A DNA stretch of 64,000 nucleotides, taken from NCBI RefSeq assembly GCF_009914755.1, contig NC_060927.1; one strand, written 5' to 3'. Each line of letters starts with the position of its first letter. Within the stretch, counting starts at the first letter, position 1. The stretch is from the human T2T-CHM13v2.0 reference genome, Homo sapiens. Positions 37,865 to 59,327 of this stretch are shown here, one piece after another. The notes under the pieces were generated by a model. That model was given only the letters and a program-made list of their open reading frames with translations. It made no database searches and was not told where the DNA came from. The position numbers and the translations under genes were made by a program.

Positions 37865-39478
37865 CTATGGGGAAAAAAAAAACCTCTCAAGAAATAATAC
37901 AAAAAACACCATTTTGTCATTAAAATTAAAACACTAAACAAAGTACCTGGGTCTTTATTTAAGTCAGGCAACAAATATTCATGGCTTGTACTTTTGCCAG
38001 AATTGATGTTACGTCTATTAGATTGTCAAAAATGTCATGTTTGTACAAGTCTTAATATTTTCATAGCGTATTTACTGTTTTTTCTCCTATTTGCAAATAA
38101 CATCAAGGGAAATAGGATTTGAGAAGAGGGTGAATAAAACTGATTCATATCATGATTGTTTGGTTATTCAGATAGAGGTGACCCAGATAACTTTCTGTGA
38201 GTTCCAACCATAGAAACAATAGGTACCAGATGTTCTTGGCATAGTTTTTAAACGTTTTACCTTGTCAAATCATATGAGGCTTGAAAAATACAACTACTGA
38301 CCAGGCACAGTGGCTCACACCTGTGATTCCAATACTTTGGGAGGCTGAGGCAGGCTGATGGCTTGAGGCCACAAGTTCAAAACAAGCCTGGGGCAACATA
38401 GTGAGACTTGACTCTACCAAAGTTAAAAAAAAAATTAGTTGGGTGTGGTGGCACGTGTCTGTAGTCCCAGCTACTTGGGGAGGCTGGAGTGGGAGGTTCG
38501 CTTGAGCTCGGAAAGTTGAAGCTACAGTGAACCCTGATTGTGCCACTGTACACCAGCCTGAGACCTGGAAAACAGAGCAAGACCCTGTCTCAAAAAAAAA
38601 AAAAAAAAAAAAGGCCAGGTGCAGTAGCTCACCCCTGTAATCTCAGCACTTTGGGAGGTCGAAGTGGGTGGATCACCTGAGATCAGAAGTTTGAGACCCA
38701 CACCTGTAATTCCAGCTACTAGGGAAGCTGAGGCAGAAGAATTCTCTAAATCTGGGAGGCAGAGGTTGCCTGGGTGACAGAGTTGAGACCTTGTCTCAAA
38801 ATGAAAAAGAAAAATACAACTACTGGTCATGACATGCAAGGCAAGCACTTGCTGCCTTTAACAAAATGACACCAAGGTGTCCATCTCACAAAAGGCAGCA
38901 GGGTGAAGGAGACACTGTTCAGCATTACTAATATGCCAGCTCAGATGACGCAGACCCACCCACCCATAGCTCATGTGTCTATACAGCCTTATGGAAAGTG
39001 AGGTGTTACAGCCCTTGCTCACCACACTGCTACAAGTGATAATCCTATCCCCAGTTCTATATTAAATTACATTCTACATACAGAAGCCTACATTACATTT
39101 TAAGACTTGCTCTTGCAGTTCCTTTAACCTAAAGGATCTTTGCACCAATGGTCTTATCTGTACAAATACAGATAAACTCTGCAGTAATATGAATTCATGA
39201 AGAATGAAATGCACTGGCAATTTCCTCCATAGCAGCATCACTGAAATGATTTCATGACACTGTACTTCCAATCATTTGATCCTGTATTTTAACCAGTAAG
39301 ATTGCCTGAATGCCACTTACAGTGGTATGGTGAATTATACTTTACTACCCATCCTTCAAGGGCAAGCACACACCACCTCCTTATAGACATTTGAAACCTA
39401 TTTCCTTTCTTCATAAACAGCCACAAGGGCTCCTTTGTATTGTTCTCAATAATGTTTATCACCGGGCGCGGTGGCTCA

Positions 39479-39739
<261 letters not shown>

Positions 39740-39874
39740 TCAAAAAAAAAAAAAAAAAAGTTTATCACCCAATGCCATGACTTCCTCAAGTTCTCACCAA
39801 AACTAACCTCCTGGGTGAAAAGGCATGTTTCAGGAAATTCAGAGTATTGCTCCCCACACAGCAGACTTAAATAC

Positions 39875-39951
39875 CTGAATCTGTTGACTCGGAGGAGCCC
39901 ATTCTCTGCAGATTACTGTTGTTCTTCACCTCCAGTGGTTGCTCATAATCA
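39875..39951 (-). CDS. CDC25A: CDC25A coding exon 2 (DYEQPLEVKNNSNLQRMGSSESTDS-G; first half of the beta-TrCP DSG phosphodegron, S76-S82)
   Basis: Acceptor TTTCAG (AG 39953-39952), donor CAG|GTATTT; 77 nt, phases compatible with exons 1 and 3. Confidence 0.97.
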
Positions 39952-40949
39952 CTGAAACCAACAGAAATAAACCATGAATGATTTATAGGATATAATTAAA
40001 AGGTCACATGCAGGAGATAGGCCATGAGATTAAGAAGCAGCCAGGCTGCCAGAAACCATTTCTAGGCCACACCACAAGTGGCAAAGATCCCACTTTGCCA
40101 CTCTGAACACCCAATTAGCACTTGGGCAAAGGAGAAAAAAGGAGTGGGTGGGCATGGCCTTGGACCACATTGCAGGTTATGATGGCTATGGCAAATGTTG
40201 GGGTATTTCCTAAAATAAAAGCATGTGTTCTAAGTACTGAGACAGAGTCGGGATGAAAGTTGAACAGGACACTTTCTGCTTTTCAGAAGTTGGGAAACGC
40301 ACAAGACATGTGCTTAGCAAACGGGATGCCAGAGATTGAAGGGAAAGTAGCTCTTCCGCGGGAAACACCGTGGGATGCATTTTTTGCTATCAGGAAAAGC
40401 CCAGGAAGCTTTCTGAAAGTTGGGTAAAAAGACCTGGCCTTAGGAAAGCAGCAGAGTGGACATCAGGAATGTGCACAGGGCGAGGGACTGAGATGATTTT
40501 ACATAAACGCCAGGAAAGAAAATGCCATGGTCCTTTGTTGAGAAGGAACAAAGATCACAGCAAACGAAGATCCTGAGGATGGTTTAGAAAAGGGTGAAAG
40601 TGAGTGCCTAGAAGAGCCTGATTTTCCCCGCGGGGGTAGATTCCAAAGAGCTTCCAGGGATAGAGATAGAAGGAGCGTACGGAGCAATCCGAAAGGGGTG
40701 AAGGTGGGCCTGGCTCGGGCTTAGGCCCAAGGATCTCCACCTCTTCCCCTGGAAGGTCCCGACGGCCTCTCCCGCCCAACATTCCGCCCGGGCGGGGGTG
40801 CACATGGCAGGCCCTAGCCCGGCTGTCCCCGAGCGGCGAACCCGGACGGACGGGTCTCGCCCTTCTCCCGGTCCGTTTCCTGGCCTGATCTCTCCGAGGC
40901 CGACACCGAGGCCAGGGGCCCGGAGCACCGCCCGCCGGTCTCTCCTTAC

Positions 40950-41119
40950 CTGCCCAGACCCTGCAGCTGGTCCATAGTGACGGTCAGGTTGGTGACAGGC
41001 GACAGTCCCCCGGCGGCTGAAGCGCCAAATAGCGCCTTCACGACGGGCTGCGACGCGGGAGGGGGGCTGCAGGCGAAGAGCAGGCGGCGGCGGTGCGGGG
41101 GCTCCGGGCCCAGTTCCAT
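40950..41119 (-). CDS. CDC25A: CDC25A coding exon 1 (aa 1-57, MELGPEPPHRRRLLF...DQLQGLG-S)
   Basis: ATG at 41119-41117 in a perfect Kozak context (GCCGCCATGG). Donor CAG|GTAAGG, GT at 40949-40948. 170 nt; translation matches the CDC25A N-terminus. Confidence 0.98.
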
Positions 41120-41559
41120 GGCGGCGCCCGGCCTCGCAGAGCTCCCGCTCCCTCTTCCTCTGCCTCCGCCGCGACCGCCCCGCCCCGCCGACACCGGCCT
41201 CGGCCGCGCGCCACCGGCGCCCGCGGGTCAAACACAAACACGACTCCGCGGTTCAGGGACGCGGCTGCCGCGGGCAAGCGGCGCGGCCGGGCGGGTGTGC
41301 GGACCTTCCAGGCGCCAGCCACCAGCCACAGGCACGGGTGCTTCCCTCTCACACCGCGAGGCCAGCGGGCGGGCGGGCGCCGGCAACCTGAAGATTAAAT
41401 CCAAACAAACGTGGCGGGTCGGCAAGAGAAGCCGGGCGAGAGCCTCGAGGCAACGGCCCAGGCTCACGCTGTCTTCGCTGTTCTCCCACCCGCTTGCCCA
41501 GCTCCGGGTAGCAGAAAACCAAGCCGACCTACACCTCTTACCCAGGCTGTCGCAGCCAG

Positions 41560-41700
41560 GCCGGCCTTTCGCGGTAATAGCGGCTCAGTGGGGCCAGCTG
41601 CTGCCCCGCCCCCCTTTCCTAGTTGGCGCCAAACGGAATCCACCAATCAGTAAGCAACTTCTCCTCCTCTCAACCGAATGGCAGCTAGGCTGGGCCAATG
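41560..41700 (-). promoter_or_regulatory. CDC25A TATA-less core promoter: E2F sites (TTTCGCGG 41567-41574; TTGGCGCCAAA 41623-41633), GC box (41604-41613), CCAAT boxes (41643-41647, 41695-41699)
   Basis: Motifs read directly from the sequence; consistent with CDC25A being an established E2F-regulated G1/S gene. Confidence 0.8.
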
Positions 41701-41876
41701 AGAGGGGAAGAAGAAAGCGGCTCGCGGGACTCTGCCAGGTCATCGGCTCTCAGAAGGGGGCGGAGCCCAGAGCAGAAGAGCGGGGATCAAAATGAGAGGG
41801 GGAGCAGAGGTCAATGAAAACTCCCAGCAGAACCTGCGAGGCGCTGCTCGCGGCTGAAAGGCCCCTTTGCCCCGTC

Positions 41877-41895
41877 GCATGCTGGGAAGCGTAGT
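41877..41895 (-). promoter_or_regulatory. ZNF143/SBS-like motif ACTACGCTTCCCAGCATGC
   Basis: Close match to the ACTACAnnTCCCAGCATGC consensus typical of CpG-island promoters. Confidence 0.6.
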
Positions 41896-44688
41896 TCCCA
41901 TCGCGAGCTGCCGTCCAGTTAGCTTCGGCCCCCTTTGGGCCTCCGCTACCTCGCCCCCAGCCGGGCGCCCCACACTCTGAGGCAATGTGGAGGCTAAGGA
42001 AGACCTGTGGAGGTCTGGCCGGATCCAGCCTTGGCTCGGCCTCTAACCGTGCAGTATTGTGGACCCCTTTCTTCCGCCCCGGGCCTCCAGGCCCCATTTT
42101 ATAATGAGGGAGGGAATGCAATGACCCCCAGGACTGGACTCGACCACCAGGGCCCAACTCTGGAGGGCTCACAGACCCTGGGTGCTGCTGGCCTCATGGG
42201 ATTTGAACCCCGCAGTACAACCTGTGCTGTGGGCCTCAGCATTTTTTGCTCACTTCCATTCTAGCCCTTATTGGATGCTCTTAGAATCATTTCTTTCTTT
42301 CCCACCACTTCTTAGCCCCCTGGGAGCTCCTAGAGAGAAATAACAGCAAACACAATAATAGCAAATAATAGCTAAAGTTTACATAATGCTTATGCACTTG
42401 ACACTGTTCCCAGTGTGTTAATCTGTATTAATTCATTTAATCTTTACAACTCTGTGACATAGGAATTATCCCCATTTTCTAAGTGGGCATATTTACTTTT
42501 ACAGCGCCGAACCTGTGGCAGCTCCTAGACGGATTTTGAGGGCCATAAGTGCATGATTTAATTGCAACCTACTGCTGGGCTTAGTGGCTCACGCCTATCA
42601 TCCCAGCACTTTGGGAGGGCGAGGTGGGAGGATTGCCTGAGCCCACGAATTTGAGACCAGCCTGGGCAACAAAGTGAGACACCCCCTGCCCCCCACTCAA
42701 AAAAAAAAAACCCTACAGTTTGAAAAGCCATGCTGGACAGGTGGAAACCCCAAACCTTTGGCCCCAACACCAGACCCTTCACAGTGAGGAACCTCTCTCT
42801 CAGGATTCATCTCCTTTTCTGTGCACCAGTGCTCCACCACCCAGGAACCTCCCTTCCCTCCAGAAACCCCAGGCTATTTAGGCCTCTCTGCACAGTTCAC
42901 ATGGTCTGTGGTCCCACTGTTTCAAATAGTTCTCCCTGTCGTATCTCTGAATACTTTCCTCTCCTCCTGTGTTTTATGTGGTTTAATACTTGGCTCAACA
43001 GGCCGGGAGCGGTGGCTCACGCCTGTAATCCCAGCACTTTGGGAGACCGAGGCGGGCGGATCACGGGGTCAGGAGATCGAGACCATCCTGGCTAACATGG
43101 TGAAACCCCGGCTCTACTAAAAATACAAAAAATTACCGGGCGTGGTGGCGGGCGCCTGTAGTCCCAGCTACTCGGGAGGCTGAGGCAGAAGAATGGCTGA
43201 ACTCGGGAGGCGGAGCTTGCAGTGAGCCAAGACCGAGCCACTGCACTCCAGCCTGGGCAACAGAGCGAGACTCCGTCTCAAAAAACAAAAACAAAACTTG
43301 GCTCAACATTCCTGTTACTGCATTCATTCATTCAACATATGTTTATTTAAGGATTACTAGAACAAATTCAGTGCTTGAAATAATACCACAATCCCTGCTC
43401 TCAGGGAGCTCTGGTCCGCTGAGCATAAAGCTCCTTCTAATAATGGAATTATTACCATGACAATAGCTGTGGTTTGTGGAGGGATGGTGGGCACCTAGAG
43501 GAGGGGCGGGGACTGGGGAAGGCAGTACGGTGGGGGGCACGTCCTAAAGGAGATTAAAACTAAAGGTCAAGGTTGCTGGAGAAGGGGAGCTTGGGGCTGG
43601 GGGGAAGTGCTTTCTAAGGAAACGGCCCTCGGCAGCCAGGAGGTGAGGAGGAACGCCGTACTTGCCGGGAGCTACTCCTGAGTTGATCCAGTCGGTTCTA
43701 GAATGGGCACATGGGACTGGCTGTGAGGGACAGTTCTTGAAAGGATTGGAGTTTGCTGAAGAGTTTGGCCTTATCCTGTGGACAGTGGAGGGTGTGTGAT
43801 AACCGGATCAGATTTGCTTTAGGGTGGATCAGTGGAGGAGAGTGGGGAGGCCTGAGGAAAAAGGAGGTGGCTGTCTCAAAAGTCTGGGAGATTCTGAAGC
43901 AAGGTGGGGGCCTTGGAGACAAAGGAAGGGAATGATTCTGTGAGCCCTGAAGGAGGTAGATCTCATCAGATTTTGATAATTGAGAGTTAAGATTGTAGGG
44001 GGCTAGAGGGAAGGGAGGAGGCTAGAATGATTCTTAGGTAATGATTCAAGTACCTGGGTGGATGTAACATTTCAACAATTGGAGGCATACTTCTTGGAGG
44101 AATTTGATGAGCTCAGTTTTGTGCTGGTGGACTGGCTGGGGGGTGTAGTCAGGAGGCAGATTTGGTGTTGATTAGCATGAAGATGGTAATGCCCATTGAG
44201 GATGTACAAAGGGTTTTTAGGACCCTGGATCTGGGGAGCACCAGCATTGAGGACTTGATGTAGTGAGACAGGACCGCAAAGCTGGGGCTGAGATAGAAAC
44301 CACAAGGGAGTAGCCGAGTCCATAGTTCAGAGGTGCACCCAGGAGAGTCACTGAAGGTGGCCAGAATGAGGTCACAGGCAACTATGGAAATCATGTAGGA
44401 AGGCGAGGAGGTGGCCACAGAAGGCCATGGGAAGGGAAAAGTTGGCACAGAAGCTACAATACAGTTCAAGTGTGCCAAAATGCATGTACACAAATATTCA
44501 TGGCCATGTTAATCATTTTAGCTCCAAACAGAAAGCAACCCTAATGCCCATCAACAATAAAATGGGTAAATAGAACAAAGTTATTTTATACAGTGATGAA
44601 AAGGACAGAAGCGCTACCCACAGTAGGAGTGAATCTCACATCAATGTCAAACATAAGAAGGAAGACACAAAAGAGAACATGCTGTTTA

Positions 44689-49166
<4,478 letters not shown>

Positions 49167-49688
49167 TGAACACTGCTTTGAGTGGTGTCCAACCTTAACG
49201 TTCTGTGGAAGGTGATTCCCCGGTAGATGGAGATGATGAGTTAGGTCAGAGCCAGTGGGCAGTGAACGGAGGCCACTGGGGTGGTAGGGAGCCATAATAG
49301 GTTCTGGAATCGGGTGAGGATTTCATTTCAAAGGGCTAAGTTTTCTTGTGAGGTTTCCTGGGGCCCTCCTTCTGGAAGGCAGAGTTCCTAGGCAGCATCT
49401 GAGCCCTCCTTACAGCTTATACCTGGGTGCTGTGCCCCTGCACAGAACAGACTCAGAGGAGAGGAAACACCCTGTGCTGGGGGCTGGGAGGGGGCTGGAG
49501 ACCTGCGCAAGCTGGACCTGTGCTGTCTTTGCTCAGTCCCGGCCTTTCTCAATCCTTGGGCCTCTGGTAGGTGAATTGTTCCTGGATTCCTTCCTGTCCT
49601 GGTTGAGTTAGAGCCTCTTGCACCATCCTGCTGATGGCTGGTTGATATTAAGCAAAGTGCAGTATGGGGAAGGATAAAGGGATGGCAT

Positions 49689-49741
49689 GGTGGGGGTTGG
49701 AGGCGTGGGTTTTAGAACCTATCCCTTTCTAGCCCTGAGCA
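49689..49741 (+). ncRNA. MIR4443: MIR4443 annotated precursor; mature UUGGAGGCGUGGGUUUU at 49697-49713
   Basis: GGTGGGGGTTGGAGGCGTGGGTTTTAGAACCTATCCCTTTCTAGCCCTGAGCA matches the recalled hsa-mir-4443 entry, ~8 kb upstream of CDC25A. Confidence 0.8.
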
Positions 49742-50696
49742 ATGCTTGCCCCAGAAGGAGTTGGGGCTAGGCCCATTCCAATCCTTCCAGCCTAAGATCC
49801 AGACTCCAAGGCATGCCCCAGGCCTCCTGGGATGTTTGTATGTTCTGTGAAAATGGGAACAGATTTGAAGAAATCAGGGTTAATCAGAGTGAAACAGGTT
49901 CCTTTTCTGTGGCATTACTCAGTGCCTTTAGCAAGTGGTGTATTGTGAGTCTTCAAGAAACAGCAGGAGGGAGGTTTCACATACTTCCTTGCATGAGGAA
50001 CCCTTTTCACAGAGAATTTTGCAGACCACTGTTCCATAGAACACACTGTAAGAAGTTTCCATTTCATCCAATGCAGCCCCCGTGTTCATTTCACAGAGGA
50101 GGAAACAGGAATGCATAGATGGGAAGGATCTTGCCCCTTGTCTCAGGCTGGGTTGGTGGTCTCCTGAGTGCAGCCTGGGCCTCCCTCCCTTGTGTACACT
50201 CAGAGCCTCCGGGAGTGAGCAGCGAGGTAGGTGCTGCAGGGCTACTCCTCTTCCTCACCTTCATACCTTTCTGTCATCTTCAGGGGGATCAAGACCCCAC
50301 TCATGTGAGCTCAGGCTTGGCCGTGGAAGACAGTGAGTACAGGAAGCAATGCTCTTTCCTGGGAAGACATCCCCACACATTACCAACACTTACCTCCCTA
50401 CCTCGCAACTTTTTAAATTGAGATGTAAATTACCTACCTCTATGATCATTGACAAATGTTCTAAATGGTGTAACCACCACTGCAATCCAGACACAGAGCA
50501 TTTTCATTGTCCCAAATATGCTCCCTCACTCCCCTTTGCAGTTAGTCTCCTCTTCCTAACCCAGGCCCCTGGTAACCACTGACCTACTTTTTGTTTTTTT
50601 GTTTTTTTTTAGGTAGAGTCTCGCTCTGTCGCCCAGACTGGAGTGCAGTGGCTCGATCTTGACTCATCGCAACCTCTGCCTCCTGGGTTTAAGTGA

Positions 50697-51108
<412 letters not shown>

Positions 51109-51413
51109 TAGAATCATCCCATATGTGACCTTTGCATCTGGCTTATTTCACTTAGTGCAATGTTTATGAGGCTTATTTGTGTTTCTGCAAGTATGGTTAG
51201 TTCATTCCTCTTTATTGACAAGCAGCATTCCATTGAATGGATGTACCACAGTTTCATGGACATGTTGATGAACACTTTGGATGTTCTTGCCTTTTGACTG
51301 TTGTGAAAAAGTTGCTATGGGCTGGGCGCGGTGGCTCACGCCTGTAATCCCAGCACTTTCGGAGGCCGAGGCGGGTGGATCACAAGGTCAGGAGATCAAG
51401 ATCATCCCGGCTA

Positions 51414-52148
<735 letters not shown>

Positions 52149-52869
52149 TAAGCTGAGATCATGCCACTGCACTCCACCCTGGGTGACAGAGCGAGACTCT
52201 GCCTCAGAAAAAAAAAAAAAAAAGAAAAGAACTGTTTGGTGGGTGACTGTTTCTGCTGAGCAAGACCCTACCTTGGAGGCCACCTCTACAGTACTGGGGA
52301 GAGATTTCCCATGAAGGGGAGGAGGAAGTACTCTCCACTCTGTAGCCCTATCAGTGAGCTTGAAAATAACCCTCAAGGCAGCACTGGGGCCCTTCCCATC
52401 ACTAAGGCAAAAACCCAAGTCCTTGGGGGTTGTCATGGTAACAACACCTTGAGAGGGCACCCATGTTCTGTTCATGGACATGTTGCACATGGACTCTGGC
52501 CACCTGTGCCAGGACATGATGTGTGCATGGGGTTCCTCTATAATCTCCCTCATCCCTGCTCAGGGCACTCCTGTGAGTTCAAGGCAGGGGTCACCACTGT
52601 TCCCATTTGGTGGAGGAGGAAACTGAGGTAGAGAGGGGGTTGTCCAAGGCCACAAAAGGACATCGTATTGGGTCAGATCTCTTTCAGCTGAGTCTGTGCT
52701 CTGGCTGCCCTGTCTCCCTGAGGTGGAAACTGTCCCCCTGCACCCCATCCTTCAGCACCACAACCCCTACCACAACCCTCTTCATCTTTAACCTCTTTCC
52801 AATTTTCTCTTCCATAGCTCCTCTGGTCAAGAGATTGAGATTCAGCTTTCATGGATGTATTAGAAATCA

Positions 52870-52983
<114 letters not shown>

Positions 52984-54648
52984 CTACGAAAAAAATAAAA
53001 ATAAAAATAGCTGGGTGTGGTGGAGTGCACCTGTGGTCTCACCCCCTAGAGAGACTGAGGCAGGAGGATCGCTTGAGCCCAGGAGTTAGAGGCTGCAATG
53101 AGCTGTGACCACACCACTGCACTCCAGCCTGGCAACAGAGCAAGGCCCTGTCTTAAAAAAAAAAAAAGAAAAGAAAAAAAAAGAAAAATCAAGAGGTTGA
53201 CTCTGACTTGGCCAGGGCTAGCGGCTGCTGAATGTCCATGAAAGCTCAACACCCTCATGGCGATGGCATGGCCTCCAGGTCCCCAGGCTGGCCAGCTCGC
53301 TCCCACCTGTGCACATGCTGCACTCTACACTGAATTAGTTGCTGCTCATGGAATCTGTGGTGATCTTCTCACCATCATACCTTGGCTCACACCGTCCCCA
53401 CCTGCTGTGCTTTCACCCACACGATGTCCTACCTGTCCCTGGGGGCAGCAGTACTACCTTTCACGGTCTCTCACACAGCAGCCCTCCCTGTCTAATAGCA
53501 ACATTGTGTTCTTGATCATCTAGCCGAATGGTGAGCTCCCCAGGGCAGTGAGTACTTCGGAATCGCCTCTATGGCCACCATAATACACGTGGCCCAAGGC
53601 CTAAGAATCAAAAGACCTTGAGACATATTGGAAACACACACAGAGCCAGCTTGATGGTGGCTGTCTCTGAGGAGTGGGTCTGGGCTTAGACTCACTTTTC
53701 ATTGTGTACCCTTTCTTATTATTTGGGGTTTTCACTAAGTTTCTTGTATATTGCTTTTCATAATAGGAAAGGAAGAAAGACTCTCATAGTAAAGTGGGAT
53801 GGGGCTTCTCTCAGGAAACACAGGGGACCCTCACCTGTGGTGGCCCCAGCTTTGCCAATTGTGCAATCCACTTGTCTCTGCCCCATCACCCTTCCGCAGG
53901 CAGTACCTGGCCTTTCAGGGAATCTTGCCCCTCCAGGCCCCTCACTGCCTCTCCCCACAGGCAAGTCCTGGATTTTGTCACCCTGAATCTGCTGCTTCTG
54001 CTTCTCCTCCTCTTCTTCCTTCTCCACGCATCCTTCCCCTCCTCTCCACTCTATTCCTCTTTCTTATTCTCCCCTTCCTTCTTTAAAATTATTATAACTG
54101 TTATTAAAGGACATAGTCTTCTTATAAAAAAAATCCAAACAGTCCTGGCACAGTGGCTCACGCCTGTAATCCCAGCGGTTTGGGAGGCCTAGGTGGGTAG
54201 ATCACCTGAGGTCGAGAGTTCGAGACCAGCCTGACCAACATGGAGAAACCCCATCTCTACTAAAAATACAAAATTAGCTGGGTGTGGTGGCGCATGCCTG
54301 TAATCCCAGCTACTTGGTTCAAGCGATTCTCCTGTGTCAACCTCCCAAGTAGCTGGGATTACAGGCGTGCGCCACCATGCCCGGCTAATTTTGTATTTTT
54401 AGTAGAGATGGGGTTTCTCTATGTTGGTCAGGCTGGTCTCAAACTCCCAATCTCAGGTGATCTGTCCGCCTTGGCCTCCCAAAGTGCTGGGATTATAGGC
54501 GTGAGCCACCGTGCCCAGCAAAAAAAAAACACAACAAACTTTTGATTGAGCCAGGTGTGGCAGTTCATGCCTGTAATCCTAGCACTTTGGTAGCCTCAAC
54601 TTCCTGGGCTCAATTGATCCTCGTACCTCAGTCCCTAGTTGCTGGGAC

Positions 54649-58226
<3,578 letters not shown>

Positions 58227-58696
58227 TGACCTCATGGTCCACCCAACTTGGCCTCCCAAAGTGCTGGGATTACAGGCATGAGCCACTAAGCCCTGCCTGT
58301 CAATTGTGTTTTTTTGTTTTGTTTTGTTGTTGTTGTTGTTTTGAGATGGAGTCTCTCCCTGTTGCCCAGGCGTGACACGATCTCAGCTCACTGATTCTAT
58401 GCCTGCATGGGTTCCAAGGGCACTGGGCTGGAGAGGAGGGCACAGGCCAGCTCTCCAAGTTCCCAGTTGCCCGCTAGGTTCGGGTAGCTGGGGGTGCTCC
58501 TAATTCTGCAGCAGGCAGAAGGAGCACTGGCATGGGGTTGAACCCCAGCATGGCCACGCCCCACCTGGGGCTTTGCCAAGCCCTTTTCTCCTTGTTCTCT
58601 GAGGGCCTCAGTTACCCCTTCTGGACAATGGAAAGTTGCAATAGTCAGTGTTGTTGGTCACACGCTTGAATGTATGGGTTTAGAGCTCTTTCTTAA

Positions 58697-58879
<183 letters not shown>

Positions 58880-59154
58880 TAGTAGAGATGGGGTTTCATC
58901 GTCTTAGCTAGGATGGTCTCGATCTCCTGACCTTGTGATCTGCCCACCTCGGCCTCCCAAAGTGCTGGGATTGAAGGCGTGAGCCACTGCGCCCAGCCCT
59001 TAATTTCTTAAAGAAGACTTTACCAAACCAATAAATAAAGTCTTAAGTGCATGTTGTTATGTTTCCCAGATGATTTAAATCTCTGTGATTTGAGGAATTC
59101 CTGAAGCCACTTCTTGAACTCCTTCCTGCTATGACTGTTTTCTGGTGCTGGTGG

Positions 59155-59327
59155 CAGAGCTATGGCCATGTGACCTGTGCGGTCATACAGGGCCCCTGCA
59201 CTCAGAAGGGCCCTGTACTTAGTTCAATGCTCTGTTTCTGAGGTCTTGAAATTCTTTATGATTTTTGAACAAAGGGCCCCACATTTTCATTTTGCATTGG
59301 GTGCTGCAAATTATGTAGCCAGTCCTG
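59155..59327. mobile_element. MER45A-like hAT-Tip100 DNA transposon remnant
   Basis: GACCTGTGCGGTCATACAGGGCCCC...CTTGAAATTCTT...GGGCCCCACATTTTCATTTTGCA...GCAAATTATGTAGCCAGTCCTG. Confidence 0.7.

Larger units (their letters stand above)
40620..41980. promoter_or_regulatory. CpG island spanning the CDC25A promoter, 5'UTR, exon 1 and the start of intron 1
   Basis: Very GC-rich with abundant CpG against CpG-depleted flanks; boundaries approximate. Confidence 0.9.

Noticed and set aside
41120-41194. 25-codon in-frame N-terminal extension of CDC25A from a GTG
   Set aside because: The GTG is in a poor context (CCG-GTG-T), an in-frame TGA lies at 41230-41228, and the true ATG has a perfect Kozak.
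40977-41795. 272-aa plus-strand ORF (and the 209-aa minus ORF 40608..41237) over exon 1
   Set aside because: Expected stop-codon depletion in a GC-rich CpG island; non-ATG starts, low-complexity R/G/A/P composition and no recognisable domain.
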